From positions 1 to 61,233 of the forward strand of contig CAKPGS010000001.1 of NCBI GenBank assembly GCA_934155165.1: a stretch of 61,233 nt of DNA, given 5' to 3'. The stretch is from an uncultured Clostridia bacterium (GTDB lineage: Bacteria > Bacillota > Clostridia > TANB77 > CAG-508). The notes below the pieces were generated by a model that searched no databases, had not been told where the DNA came from, and was given only the letters and a program-made list of their open reading frames with translations. The translations under genes and the position numbers were made by a program. Positions 28,048-35,897 of the stretch are shown in pieces. Positions within the stretch are counted from its first letter, which is position 1. Each line of letters begins with the position of its first letter.

Positions 28048-28936
28048 CTTCTAGTTCTATTTTTTTATTAAATTTCTCATATACTATCTTTTGTACCTCA
28101 TGAATTAAATTTATAATATCTTTTGCTGTTGCCTGGTTTTTATTTATTATAAAACCTGCATGTTTTTCAGAAACTTGTGCTCCACCTACTGTAAAACCTT
28201 TAAGTCCTGCATCATCTATAAGTTTAGCTGTTATAAAATCTGCTCCTCTTTTAAATGTGCTGCCAGCATTCGGATATTCTATTGGTTGTTTTTCAATTCT
28301 AAACTGCTTATATTCATCCATTTTTTGTTTTATTTCTGTACTATTACCTTTTTGTAATTTTAATATTGCTTTAATTATAATTACATTATTACTCTTAAAT
28401 TTACTATTTCTATATTCAAAATCACATTCTTCATTTTTTATTGTCTCTATTTTATCATTTTCACAGTTGTAATATGTCACAGAAATTACAATATCCTTCA
28501 TTTCTTTTCCATGAGCTCCAGCATTCATAACTATTGCTCCACCTATCGTTCCTGGTATACCAGAAGCAAATTCAAATCCAGTTATTTTGTTTTGTAACAA
28601 TTTCTGAGCAAGCATTCCATTTTTTACTCCTGCTCCAACTTCTACTATATTTTCTTTAATTTCAATTCTATTGAAATTTGGTTTTATTATTGCTCCTCTA
28701 TAGCCTTCATCTTTAACCAGTATATTACTTCCGTTTCCAATAATTTTATATTCTATTTTTTCATGTTTTAATATCTTAATTGTTTCTCGTAATTGACTCA
28801 TTGTTTCTACTGTTATAAATAAGTCTGCTGGTCCTCCTACTTTAAAAGATGTATGTTTGCTCATCATTTCGTGTTTTAAAATTTTTTCTTTTGGAATACA
28901 TTTTATTAAATTGCTATATGCATTTTCTATATTCAT
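28034..28936 (-). CDS. murB: UDP-N-acetylenolpyruvoylglucosamine reductase
   Basis: FAD-binding MurB pattern (FKVGGPADLF, GNGSNILV, GAGSTFKR-like). Confidence 0.92.
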   Translation of the reverse strand: MNIENAYSNLIKCIPKEKILKHEMMSKHTSFKVGGPADLFITVETMSQLRETIKILKHEKIEYKIIGNGSNILVKDEGYRGAIIKPNFNRIEIKENIVEVGAGVKNGMLAQKLLQNKITGFEFASGIPGTIGGAIVMNAGAHGKEMKDIVISVTYYNCENDKIETIKNEECDFEYRNSKFKSNNVIIIKAILKLQKGNSTEIKQKMDEYKQFRIEKQPIEYPNAGSTFKRGADFITAKLIDDAGLKGFTVGGAQVSEKHAGFIINKNQATAKDIINLIHEVQKIVYEKFNKKIELEVEII

Positions 28937-28947
28937 ATATTCCTCCT

Positions 28948-29352
28948 TTAATTACCTTTCAAATGTATTTCTTTGCCTTTAGAGTTTTGAGGGGTTGTTT
29001 TATTTATTACTTCACCTGTATTATATTTAACTATGTATGTGTCTTTTGGTTTCTTCATTCCAAGTTCTTGCAAAACATTTATATCTAATAAATAATATTC
29101 TCCATCTTCAGTTTCATTTCCATTTTCATCGCATTTTCTTCCTATTAATAAGCTTGTATCTTTAACGGTAAGATATTTTTGATATTGCGAAATCACTATT
29201 GCTTGTACCTCTTTTGCTTCTGCTTCTAGTATATTATCTTTATAACTTGTAACAGAAATTTCACCAATTCCAGCAGAAACTCCTGCTAATATTAATAAAA
29301 CTACAATTATAATTACAAGTGTGACTATTGTAACTCCCTTATTACTTTTCAT
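28948..29352 (-). CDS. Small protein with a pilin-like N-terminal segment
   Basis: Likely start is ATG at 29352 after AGGAAG. N-terminus reads MKSNKGVTIVTLVIIIVVLLILAGV, paralogous to the N-termini at 323-1504 and 35894-37927. Confidence 0.6.
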   Translation of the reverse strand: MKSNKGVTIVTLVIIIVVLLILAGVSAGIGEISVTSYKDNILEAEAKEVQAIVISQYQKYLTVKDTSLLIGRKCDENGNETEDGEYYLLDINVLQELGMKKPKDTYIVKYNTGEVINKTTPQNSKGKEIHLKGN

Positions 29353-29463
29353 ACTAATTCTTCCTTTGCATAAATTCTTGTAAATTTTATCATTTTTTAT
29401 ATAAAAATACAAGAGCTATAATACAACAAATTATTGTGTGAATTGAAAAAGTAAACTCTATTT

Positions 29464-29492
29464 TTGCGTTTTATTTCTTAATATGTTATAAT
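29464..29492 (+). promoter_or_regulatory. Sigma-A type promoter for the 29538 gene
   Basis: TTGCGT, 17-nt spacer, TGtTATAAT. Confidence 0.6.
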
Positions 29493-29537
29493 ATTGTTAT
29501 GTTAACTGTTATTTTAGCACGAAAGTGAGGTTTTCTA

Positions 29538-30049
29538 TGAGTATAGAAACTATCGAAGAAATTAAAAAAGCTGTTCATCAACCAATTGACTTTAAGGATT
29601 TTGAATCAACGTATATTAGAGAAAATACTAATTGCTTTGCTCTTGCCATTGGTTCAACAGTAACTTCTGACAAAACCTTATATCGGCCAGGTAGAATTTC
29701 TGGTAAAAAGCCGTTAAATCAGGACTTTTTCTCCATTGAAGAAGTTAAAGATTTGTTTTTAGCCGATTTGGAAGCTTTAGATTTAGAATATGAATCTTTA
29801 GCTTTGTATGGCAAAAATCAAATTTTGGCATACACCTCAGGTTTAAGGCTTAAAGAAAATGAGCACATTGTCGTTATGTTTGTTCAGGAAATGGCAAACA
29901 ACACAATTATGGATTTTCATTTTTTACGGTACGACAACAGAGGTTGGTCAGAGAAGATAGGTCTTTCATATTTTTCAACTGGAGAAAATATTTCGTGGCC
30001 AAGTAATTGGTACGATAAGTTCGTAGGGTGTTTTAAAATCACACGTTAA
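29538..30049 (+). CDS. Hypothetical protein, GC-richer orphan with a possible Cys/His pair
   Basis: ATG at 29538 follows GTGAGG. 170 aa. Contains NCFALAIG and DFHFLRYD, which could form a papain-like Cys/His pair. No firm family call. Confidence 0.55.
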
Positions 30050-30058
30050 CCTCCCTAT

Positions 30059-30083
30059 GCGGGCAGACAGAGGCGTCCCTACA
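30059..30083 (-). repeat. REP-like hairpin, subfamily A, degenerate copy
   Basis: GCGGGCAGACAGAGGCGTCCCTACA shares 17 nt with the copy at 5034-5060. The right arm lacks 3 nt relative to 39043-39068. Confidence 0.6.
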
Positions 30084-30109
30084 CAAGAAGCACAAAAATT
30101 TCCTATAAC

Positions 30110-30148
30110 ACACAAAAATAGAATGGCAATGCCATTCTATTTTTGTGT
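30110..30148. terminator. Bidirectional terminator between the orphan gene and gatB
   Basis: 18-bp perfect inverted repeat ACACAAAAATAGAATGGC/GCCATTCTATTTTTGTGT. Confidence 0.8.
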
Positions 30149-31584
30149 TACATATTTTCTTTAAACATTTTATTTAACATTTGAGGGTTTGCTTTTCCTT
30201 TTGTTTCTTTCATTGCTTGACCTACTAAAAATCCTAATGCTTTTTCTTTTCCTGCTTTGTAATCTGCAACAGATTGAGGATTGTTTTCTAATACCTTTAG
30301 AACTACTTCTTTTATAGCTCCTTCATCAGATATTTGAATCCATCCTTTTTCTTTTACAATTTCTTCTGGGTCTTTTGGATTTTCAAATAATTCTTCTAAA
30401 ACTTTTTTAGCAATGCTAGAACTTATTGTTCCTTTATCTATTAAAGTAATTAATTTTCCTAATTGTTCTGCATCAAAAGGAATTTCTATTGGTTCCATTT
30501 CTGTTTCATTTAATATTCTTGATATATCTGAAATAATCCAGTTATTTACGGCTTTTGGATTGTTGCAAACTTTTATTGCTCCTTCAAATAAGTTAGATAA
30601 ATATTTTGAACCTGTTATTATGTTTGCATCTTTTTCACTTAAATTATATTGTTCTAAATATCTTTGTTTTCTGCTTTCTGGTAATTCTGGTAAATTATTT
30701 TTTATGTTTTCTATATATTCATCTGAAAGTTTAATTGCAACTAAGTCTGGGTCTGGGAAATATCTGTAATCTTGTGCATCTTCTTTATCTCTCATAGAAA
30801 ATGTTTTTCCAGATACATCGTCCCATCTTAATGTTTCTTGTTCTACTTTTCCTCCATCTTCTATTAAATCTATTTGTCTATCTACTTCATATTCAATGGC
30901 TCTTGTTATACTTCTAAAAGAGTTCATATTTTTCATTTCAGTACGTGTTCCAAATTCTGTTGCTCCTTTTTTTCTAACTGAAACGTTAACATCTGCTCTT
31001 AAAGATCCTTCTTGCATTTTACAGTCTGATACTTCTATATATTCTAGTATTGATTTTAATTTTCTTAAATATTGTTCAACTTCATAAGCTGACCTTAAGT
31101 CTGGTTCTGATACCATTTCTATTAAAGGTACTCCAGCTCTGTTTAAGTCTACTAAACTTTCTCCTGAAAAATCGTCATGATTTAATTTTCCTGCATCTTC
31201 TTCAATGTGAATTCTAAGTAATCTTATTTTCTTTTTATTTCCTTCTTCATCTTCAATTTCTATGTATCCATGTTCGCATAATGGTTTATCAAATTGAGAT
31301 ATTTGATAAGATTTTGGTAAATCTGGGTAAAAATAGTTTTTTCTATCGTTTTTACTATTTCTTGAAATTTCACAATTCGTTGCTAGTCCTGCTTTTACAG
31401 CATATTCAACTACTTTTTCATTTAATACTGGTAAAGTTCCTGGCATTGCCATACATATTGGACATGTATGTGTGTTTGGTGCTCCACCAAATTCTGTTGG
31501 ACAACTACAGAATATTTTTGTTTTTGTTGATAATTCTGCATGAACTTCAAGACCTATAACTGTTTCATATGATTCTCTTGACAT
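30148..31584 (-). CDS. gatB: Asp/Glu-tRNA amidotransferase subunit B
   Basis: N-terminal YETVIGLEVHAEL...CPICMAMPG signature. 478 aa. Confidence 0.94.
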   Translation of the reverse strand: MSRESYETVIGLEVHAELSTKTKIFCSCPTEFGGAPNTHTCPICMAMPGTLPVLNEKVVEYAVKAGLATNCEISRNSKNDRKNYFYPDLPKSYQISQFDKPLCEHGYIEIEDEEGNKKKIRLLRIHIEEDAGKLNHDDFSGESLVDLNRAGVPLIEMVSEPDLRSAYEVEQYLRKLKSILEYIEVSDCKMQEGSLRADVNVSVRKKGATEFGTRTEMKNMNSFRSITRAIEYEVDRQIDLIEDGGKVEQETLRWDDVSGKTFSMRDKEDAQDYRYFPDPDLVAIKLSDEYIENIKNNLPELPESRKQRYLEQYNLSEKDANIITGSKYLSNLFEGAIKVCNNPKAVNNWIISDISRILNETEMEPIEIPFDAEQLGKLITLIDKGTISSSIAKKVLEELFENPKDPEEIVKEKGWIQISDEGAIKEVVLKVLENNPQSVADYKAGKEKALGFLVGQAMKETKGKANPQMLNKMFKENM

Positions 31585-31656
31585 TTATTTTCCTCCTATA
31601 ATTTTAGTTGAGTTTTTTACAGAAATTACTATATAATTTCTCTTTTATTAATTTTA

Positions 31657-31798
31657 CAACATAAAATAATTTATATTTGAAAATGAGTTCGACCCGACTA
31701 TTACATATAATTAGAGACCGTGGCTCAAAAGTTTGAATATTTTATCTGTCTTAAAACGTTTGGAGAACGGAATTTGAAAATAAAATTATTTTATGTTG
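31657..31798. repeat. Inverted-repeat-bounded element in the gatA-gatB spacer (16-bp stem arms, 10-bp direct repeat, 87-bp GC-richer core)
   Basis: CAACATAAAATAATTT (31657-31672) pairs with AAATTATTTTATGTTG (31783-31798). ATTTGAAAAT occurs at both 31675-31684 and 31772-31781. Confidence 0.6.
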
Positions 31799-31818
31799 CA
31801 ATTACAATAGAATATCTA

Positions 31819-33288
31819 CTATTTAGTAAATTGTGGCTTATGTTTTTCTCTGAATTTTATTTCTTGCTCATAAGCATAGGCTGCATTTAGTATTTTCTTT
31901 TCTTGGAATTTGTTTCCTATTAATTGCATTCCTATTGGCATTCCTTCACTATTTACTCCACATGGTATTGATATTGCTGGTACTCCGGCAATATTTATAG
32001 ATACTGTACATATGTCTGCTAAGTACATTTCTAGTGGATTGTCAGATTTTTCTCCTATATTGAATGCTGTTATAGGTGATGTTGGTGTTAGTATAACATC
32101 ATATTTTTCAAATACTTCTTCAAATTTATTAGATACTAAGGTTCTAACTTGTTGTGCTTTTTTGTAGTATGCATCATAGTAACCTGATGAAAGCACATAT
32201 GTTCCTAATATAATTCTTCTTTTTACTTCTGCTCCGAAACCTTCACTTCTTGAGTTTTTAAATAATTCTTTTAAATTTGTGTAATTTTTAGTTCTATATC
32301 CATAACGTATTCCATCAAATCTTCCTAAGTTTGAGCTAGCCTCTGCACAAGCAATTATGTAGTATGTTGCTAATGCATATTCTGCAACATCTAATGAAAC
32401 TTCTTCAACAGTTGCTCCCATTTCTTTATATTTTTCTATTGCTTTTTCTAATGATGCTTTTACTTCTTCATTTATTCCTTCTCCAAAGAATTCTTTTGGA
32501 ACAGCTATTTTCATTCCTTTAACATCATTTTTTAAAGCTTCTGTATAATCTTCTTTTTCTTTATTTACAGAAGTTGTATCTCTTTCATCATGTCCAGCTA
32601 TTAAATTTAAAAGTATTGCACTATCTGTTACATCTTTTGTAATTGGTCCTATTTGATCTAATGATGATGCAAAAGCAACAAGTCCAAATCTTGAAACTAA
32701 TCCATATGTTGGTTTTAAACCTACAACACCGCATAAACTTGCTGGTTGACGAATTGAACCACCTGTGTCACTTCCAAGTGCCCATGGTACTAAATTTGCT
32801 GCAACAGCTGCTGCACTACCACCTGAAGATCCTCCTGGAACCTTATTTAAATTCCATGGATTTTTTGTTTTCTTAAAATATGATGTTTCTGTTGAACTTC
32901 CCATAGCAAATTCATCCATATTTAATTTTCCTAAATTTATCATATTTTCATTGTTTACTTTTTCAACTATTGTTGCATTATATGGAGCAATAAAATCTTC
33001 TAACATTCTTGAAGAACAAGTTGTACGAATTCCTTTTGTACATAAATTATCTTTTATACCAATTGGAATACCTGCTAATTCTCCTTTAATTTCTCCTCTT
33101 TCAACTTTAGCTTGTACATCTTTTGCTTGTGCTAAAGCTTCATCTGTTAATGTTGTAACAAAAGCTTCAACATCTTTTTCTTTTTCGTTTATTCTATCTA
33201 CGTAAGCTTGAGTTATTTCTGTAATTGTAAGTTCTTTATTTTTTAACTTTTCTTGTAACTCATGAACAGTTAAGTCTGTAATATTCAT
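31819..33288 (-). CDS. gatA: Glutamyl-tRNA(Gln)/aspartyl-tRNA(Asn) amidotransferase subunit A
   Basis: Amidase signature [12 protein letters not shown]. 489 aa. Confidence 0.94.
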   Translation of the reverse strand: MNITDLTVHELQEKLKNKELTITEITQAYVDRINEKEKDVEAFVTTLTDEALAQAKDVQAKVERGEIKGELAGIPIGIKDNLCTKGIRTTCSSRMLEDFIAPYNATIVEKVNNENMINLGKLNMDEFAMGSSTETSYFKKTKNPWNLNKVPGGSSGGSAAAVAANLVPWALGSDTGGSIRQPASLCGVVGLKPTYGLVSRFGLVAFASSLDQIGPITKDVTDSAILLNLIAGHDERDTTSVNKEKEDYTEALKNDVKGMKIAVPKEFFGEGINEEVKASLEKAIEKYKEMGATVEEVSLDVAEYALATYYIIACAEASSNLGRFDGIRYGYRTKNYTNLKELFKNSRSEGFGAEVKRRIILGTYVLSSGYYDAYYKKAQQVRTLVSNKFEEVFEKYDVILTPTSPITAFNIGEKSDNPLEMYLADICTVSINIAGVPAISIPCGVNSEGMPIGMQLIGNKFQEKKILNAAYAYEQEIKFREKHKPQFTK

Positions 33289-33353
33289 CTATTCTCCTCC
33301 TTTATTCTAGTGTTAGAGGTTTAAATATTTCATTATTTTTCAACTTCTAACTT

Positions 33354-33641
33354 CTAATTTATAACCTTTGGTATTTTAAACATATTTTGTTCTACTTCTT
33401 TACAATTTTGAAGTAATGCACTGTTGTCTTCAAATACCTTAATCTCATCTTTTCTAAAAACATTTTTAGCCTCGTTAGCACCAATAGTAATATCTAAACC
33501 ATCTACTGGAGCATTGTTAACAACATTTGCAAAATTCAAAATATCTTGCAAATTAGCTAAATAATTATCTAATTCATCATCTTTCAAATTTAAGTTAGCA
33601 AGTTTTGCTATATGCAATAACTCTTCTTTACTTACTTGCAT
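33354..33641 (-). CDS. gatC: Amidotransferase subunit C
   Basis: 95 aa with N-terminal HIAKLANLNL, first gene of gatCAB. Confidence 0.88.
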   Translation of the reverse strand: MQVSKEELLHIAKLANLNLKDDELDNYLANLQDILNFANVVNNAPVDGLDITIGANEAKNVFRKDEIKVFEDNSALLQNCKEVEQNMFKIPKVIN

Positions 33642-33770
33642 TAAATCATCTCCTTAAAACAATATCTGCTACATTATATACTCAAATAAATAAAAAAACA
33701 AGTGCAAATTTTAAAGCCTGTCCCAAAAGTTACAAAAAATGTAAGTATGGGACAGTTCCCTAAAAATCAC

Positions 33771-33800
33771 TTGACAAATATTGGTATAAAATGCTAGAAT
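33771..33800 (+). promoter_or_regulatory. Sigma-A promoter of the aspS T-box leader
   Basis: TTGACA, 18-nt spacer, TGcTAGAAT (extended -10). Confidence 0.7.
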
Positions 33801-33821
33801 AGTTAGCATAATATGTATATT

Positions 33822-34035
33822 ATACTGCGTTTGTACAATAAAAGCTTTTAGTATTTGCTATTAGAGAGTAAGGGTCCTAGGCTGTAAGCCCTTTTAGTTA
33901 AAGCTATTTTAAGTGAAACATATTGGAGCAGTTTTTAATAAAGTGGAAAGCTTTTGCTTTCAAGTTAGGGTGGCACCGCGGAATTGTTATTTCGTCCCTA
34001 CATTATATTAATTTATAATGTAGGGCTTTTTGTTT
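33822..34035 (+). promoter_or_regulatory. T-box riboswitch leader with intrinsic terminator
   Basis: T-box sequence AGTTAGGGTGGCACCGCGG at 33963-33981. AGAGAG bulge and GGCTGTAAG distal loop in Stem I. Stem III is GAAAGC/GCTTTC. Terminator is CCCTACATTATA/TATAATGTAGGG followed by CTTTTTGTTT. Confidence 0.88.
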
Positions 34036-34113
34036 GTTTATTTTTACATTTGTAAATTAATATATTACTATATTTTTATTTCCCTTTAAGGGTTTTTAGG
34101 AGGTTTTATTTTT

Positions 34114-35871
34114 ATGAAAGAGAACATTTTTAGAACACATAATTGTAACGAAATTAGTTTAGATGATGTTGGTAAAAAAGTTAGAATATCTGGTTTCGTT
34201 CAAACTATTAGAGATTTTGGAGGTCTTGTTTTTCTAGATATTAGAGATATGTATGGAATTACTCAAGTTGTTACTTCTGCTGATAGTAGCGATGTTGATT
34301 TTGCTTCTCATATTCCTATTGAATCTACTGTTTGTGTTTCTGGTACTGTTAAAAAAAGAGACCCTGAAACAGTTAACGAGAAACTAAAAACTGGTTTAGT
34401 TGAAATTGTTATTGAAGATATTAAAATTTTAGGTAAAAGAACTAAGGATTTACCTTTTGAAGTTAATACTAATCAAGAAATTAGAGAAGATTTACGTTTA
34501 CAATATAGATTTTTAGATTTAAGAAACGATAAATATAAAAATAATCTTATTTTACGTGCACAAGTTTTACAATTTTTAAGAAGCCAAATGATTGAACAAG
34601 GATTTTTAGAGGTTCAAACACCTATACTTACAAGTTCTTCTCCAGAAGGAGCTAGAGATTATCTAGTTCCTAGTAGAGTTCATGCTGGTAAGTTTTATGC
34701 ACTTCCTCAAGCACCACAACAATTTAAACAACTTTTAATGGTTTCTGGTATTGATAAGTATTTCCAAATTGCACCTTGTTTTAGAGATGAAGATGCAAGA
34801 GCTGACCGTGCTCCTGGTGAATTTTATCAAGTAGATATGGAAATGGCTTATGCAACTCAAGAAGATGTTTTTAGTGTTATAGAACCTGTTATGTATAACA
34901 CATTTAAGAAATTCTCTAATAAAAAAATTGCAGAATATCCATTTCCTAGAATTACTTATAAAGATGCAATGCTAAAATACGGTAGTGATAAACCAGATTT
35001 AAGAAATCCTTTAGTTATTATTGATTTATCTGACTTCTTTAGTAAATGTACTTTCAAACCATTTATTGGTAGAACAGTTCGTGCAATTAAAGTTAAAGGT
35101 CACTTATCTAAAGGTTTCCACGAAAAAATGTTAAGCTTTGCTACATCTATTGGTATGGGTGGTCTTGGTTATTTAGAAGTTCAAGAAGATTTAAGCTTTA
35201 AAGGACCTATTGATAAGTTTATTCCAGACGATTTAAAGAAGGAATTACTAAAATTAGCAGATTTAGAAGTAGAAGATACAATTTTCTTTATTGCTGATAA
35301 AGAAGCCAGAGCAACAGAACTTGCAGGACAAATAAGAACAGAGCTTGGAAACAGATTAAACTTAATTAATAACGACGAATTTAAATTCTGTTGGATTGTA
35401 GATTTTCCAATGTATGAATTAGATGAAAGAGGAAATATTGCATTTAACCATAATCCATTTTCAATGCCTCAAGGAGGTTTAGAAGCTTTAAATACTCAAA
35501 ATCCTTTAGACATAGTTGCATATCAATATGATATAGTTTGTAATGGTATAGAACTTTCTTCTGGAGCTGTTAGAAACCATGATCCAGAAATAATGATAAA
35601 AGCTTTTGAACTTGCTGGTTATTCTAAAGAACATATTGAAGAAAAATTCCCAGCATTATTCAATGCATTCCAATATGGTGCTCCACCACATGCAGGTATT
35701 GCTCCTGGATTTGATAGAATGTTAATGCTTTTAACAGAAAGTGAAACAATAAGAGATGTTATTGCATTCCCTATGAATAGTAAGGCTCAAGATTTAATGA
35801 TGGGAGCTCCAGGAAATGTTACAAGAGAGCAACTAAGAGATGTTCATATTCAATTAGATATAAAAAAATAA
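34114..35871 (+). CDS. aspS: Aspartyl-tRNA synthetase, bacterial type (possibly non-discriminating)
   Basis: Class II motifs (FRDEDARADR, GIELSSG, GIAPGFDRM). 585 aa with the GAD insertion length. Confidence 0.93.
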   Translation: MKENIFRTHNCNEISLDDVGKKVRISGFVQTIRDFGGLVFLDIRDMYGITQVVTSADSSDVDFASHIPIESTVCVSGTVKKRDPETVNEKLKTGLVEIVIEDIKILGKRTKDLPFEVNTNQEIREDLRLQYRFLDLRNDKYKNNLILRAQVLQFLRSQMIEQGFLEVQTPILTSSSPEGARDYLVPSRVHAGKFYALPQAPQQFKQLLMVSGIDKYFQIAPCFRDEDARADRAPGEFYQVDMEMAYATQEDVFSVIEPVMYNTFKKFSNKKIAEYPFPRITYKDAMLKYGSDKPDLRNPLVIIDLSDFFSKCTFKPFIGRTVRAIKVKGHLSKGFHEKMLSFATSIGMGGLGYLEVQEDLSFKGPIDKFIPDDLKKELLKLADLEVEDTIFFIADKEARATELAGQIRTELGNRLNLINNDEFKFCWIVDFPMYELDERGNIAFNHNPFSMPQGGLEALNTQNPLDIVAYQYDIVCNGIELSSGAVRNHDPEIMIKAFELAGYSKEHIEEKFPALFNAFQYGAPPHAGIAPGFDRMLMLLTESETIRDVIAFPMNSKAQDLMMGAPGNVTREQLRDVHIQLDIKK

Positions 35872-35897
35872 ATGCCGTTTGGCATTTATTTTTTTAT
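35870..35897. terminator. Bidirectional terminator after aspS
   Basis: AAATGCC/GGCATTT stem with flanking A- and T-runs. Confidence 0.8.

Noticed and set aside
31685-31700. GAGTTCGACCCGAC resembles a tRNA T-arm (GGTTCGAATCC)
   Set aside because: No flanking acceptor, D or anticodon stems can be drawn, so there is no cloverleaf. It is treated as part of the unexplained 87-bp insert.
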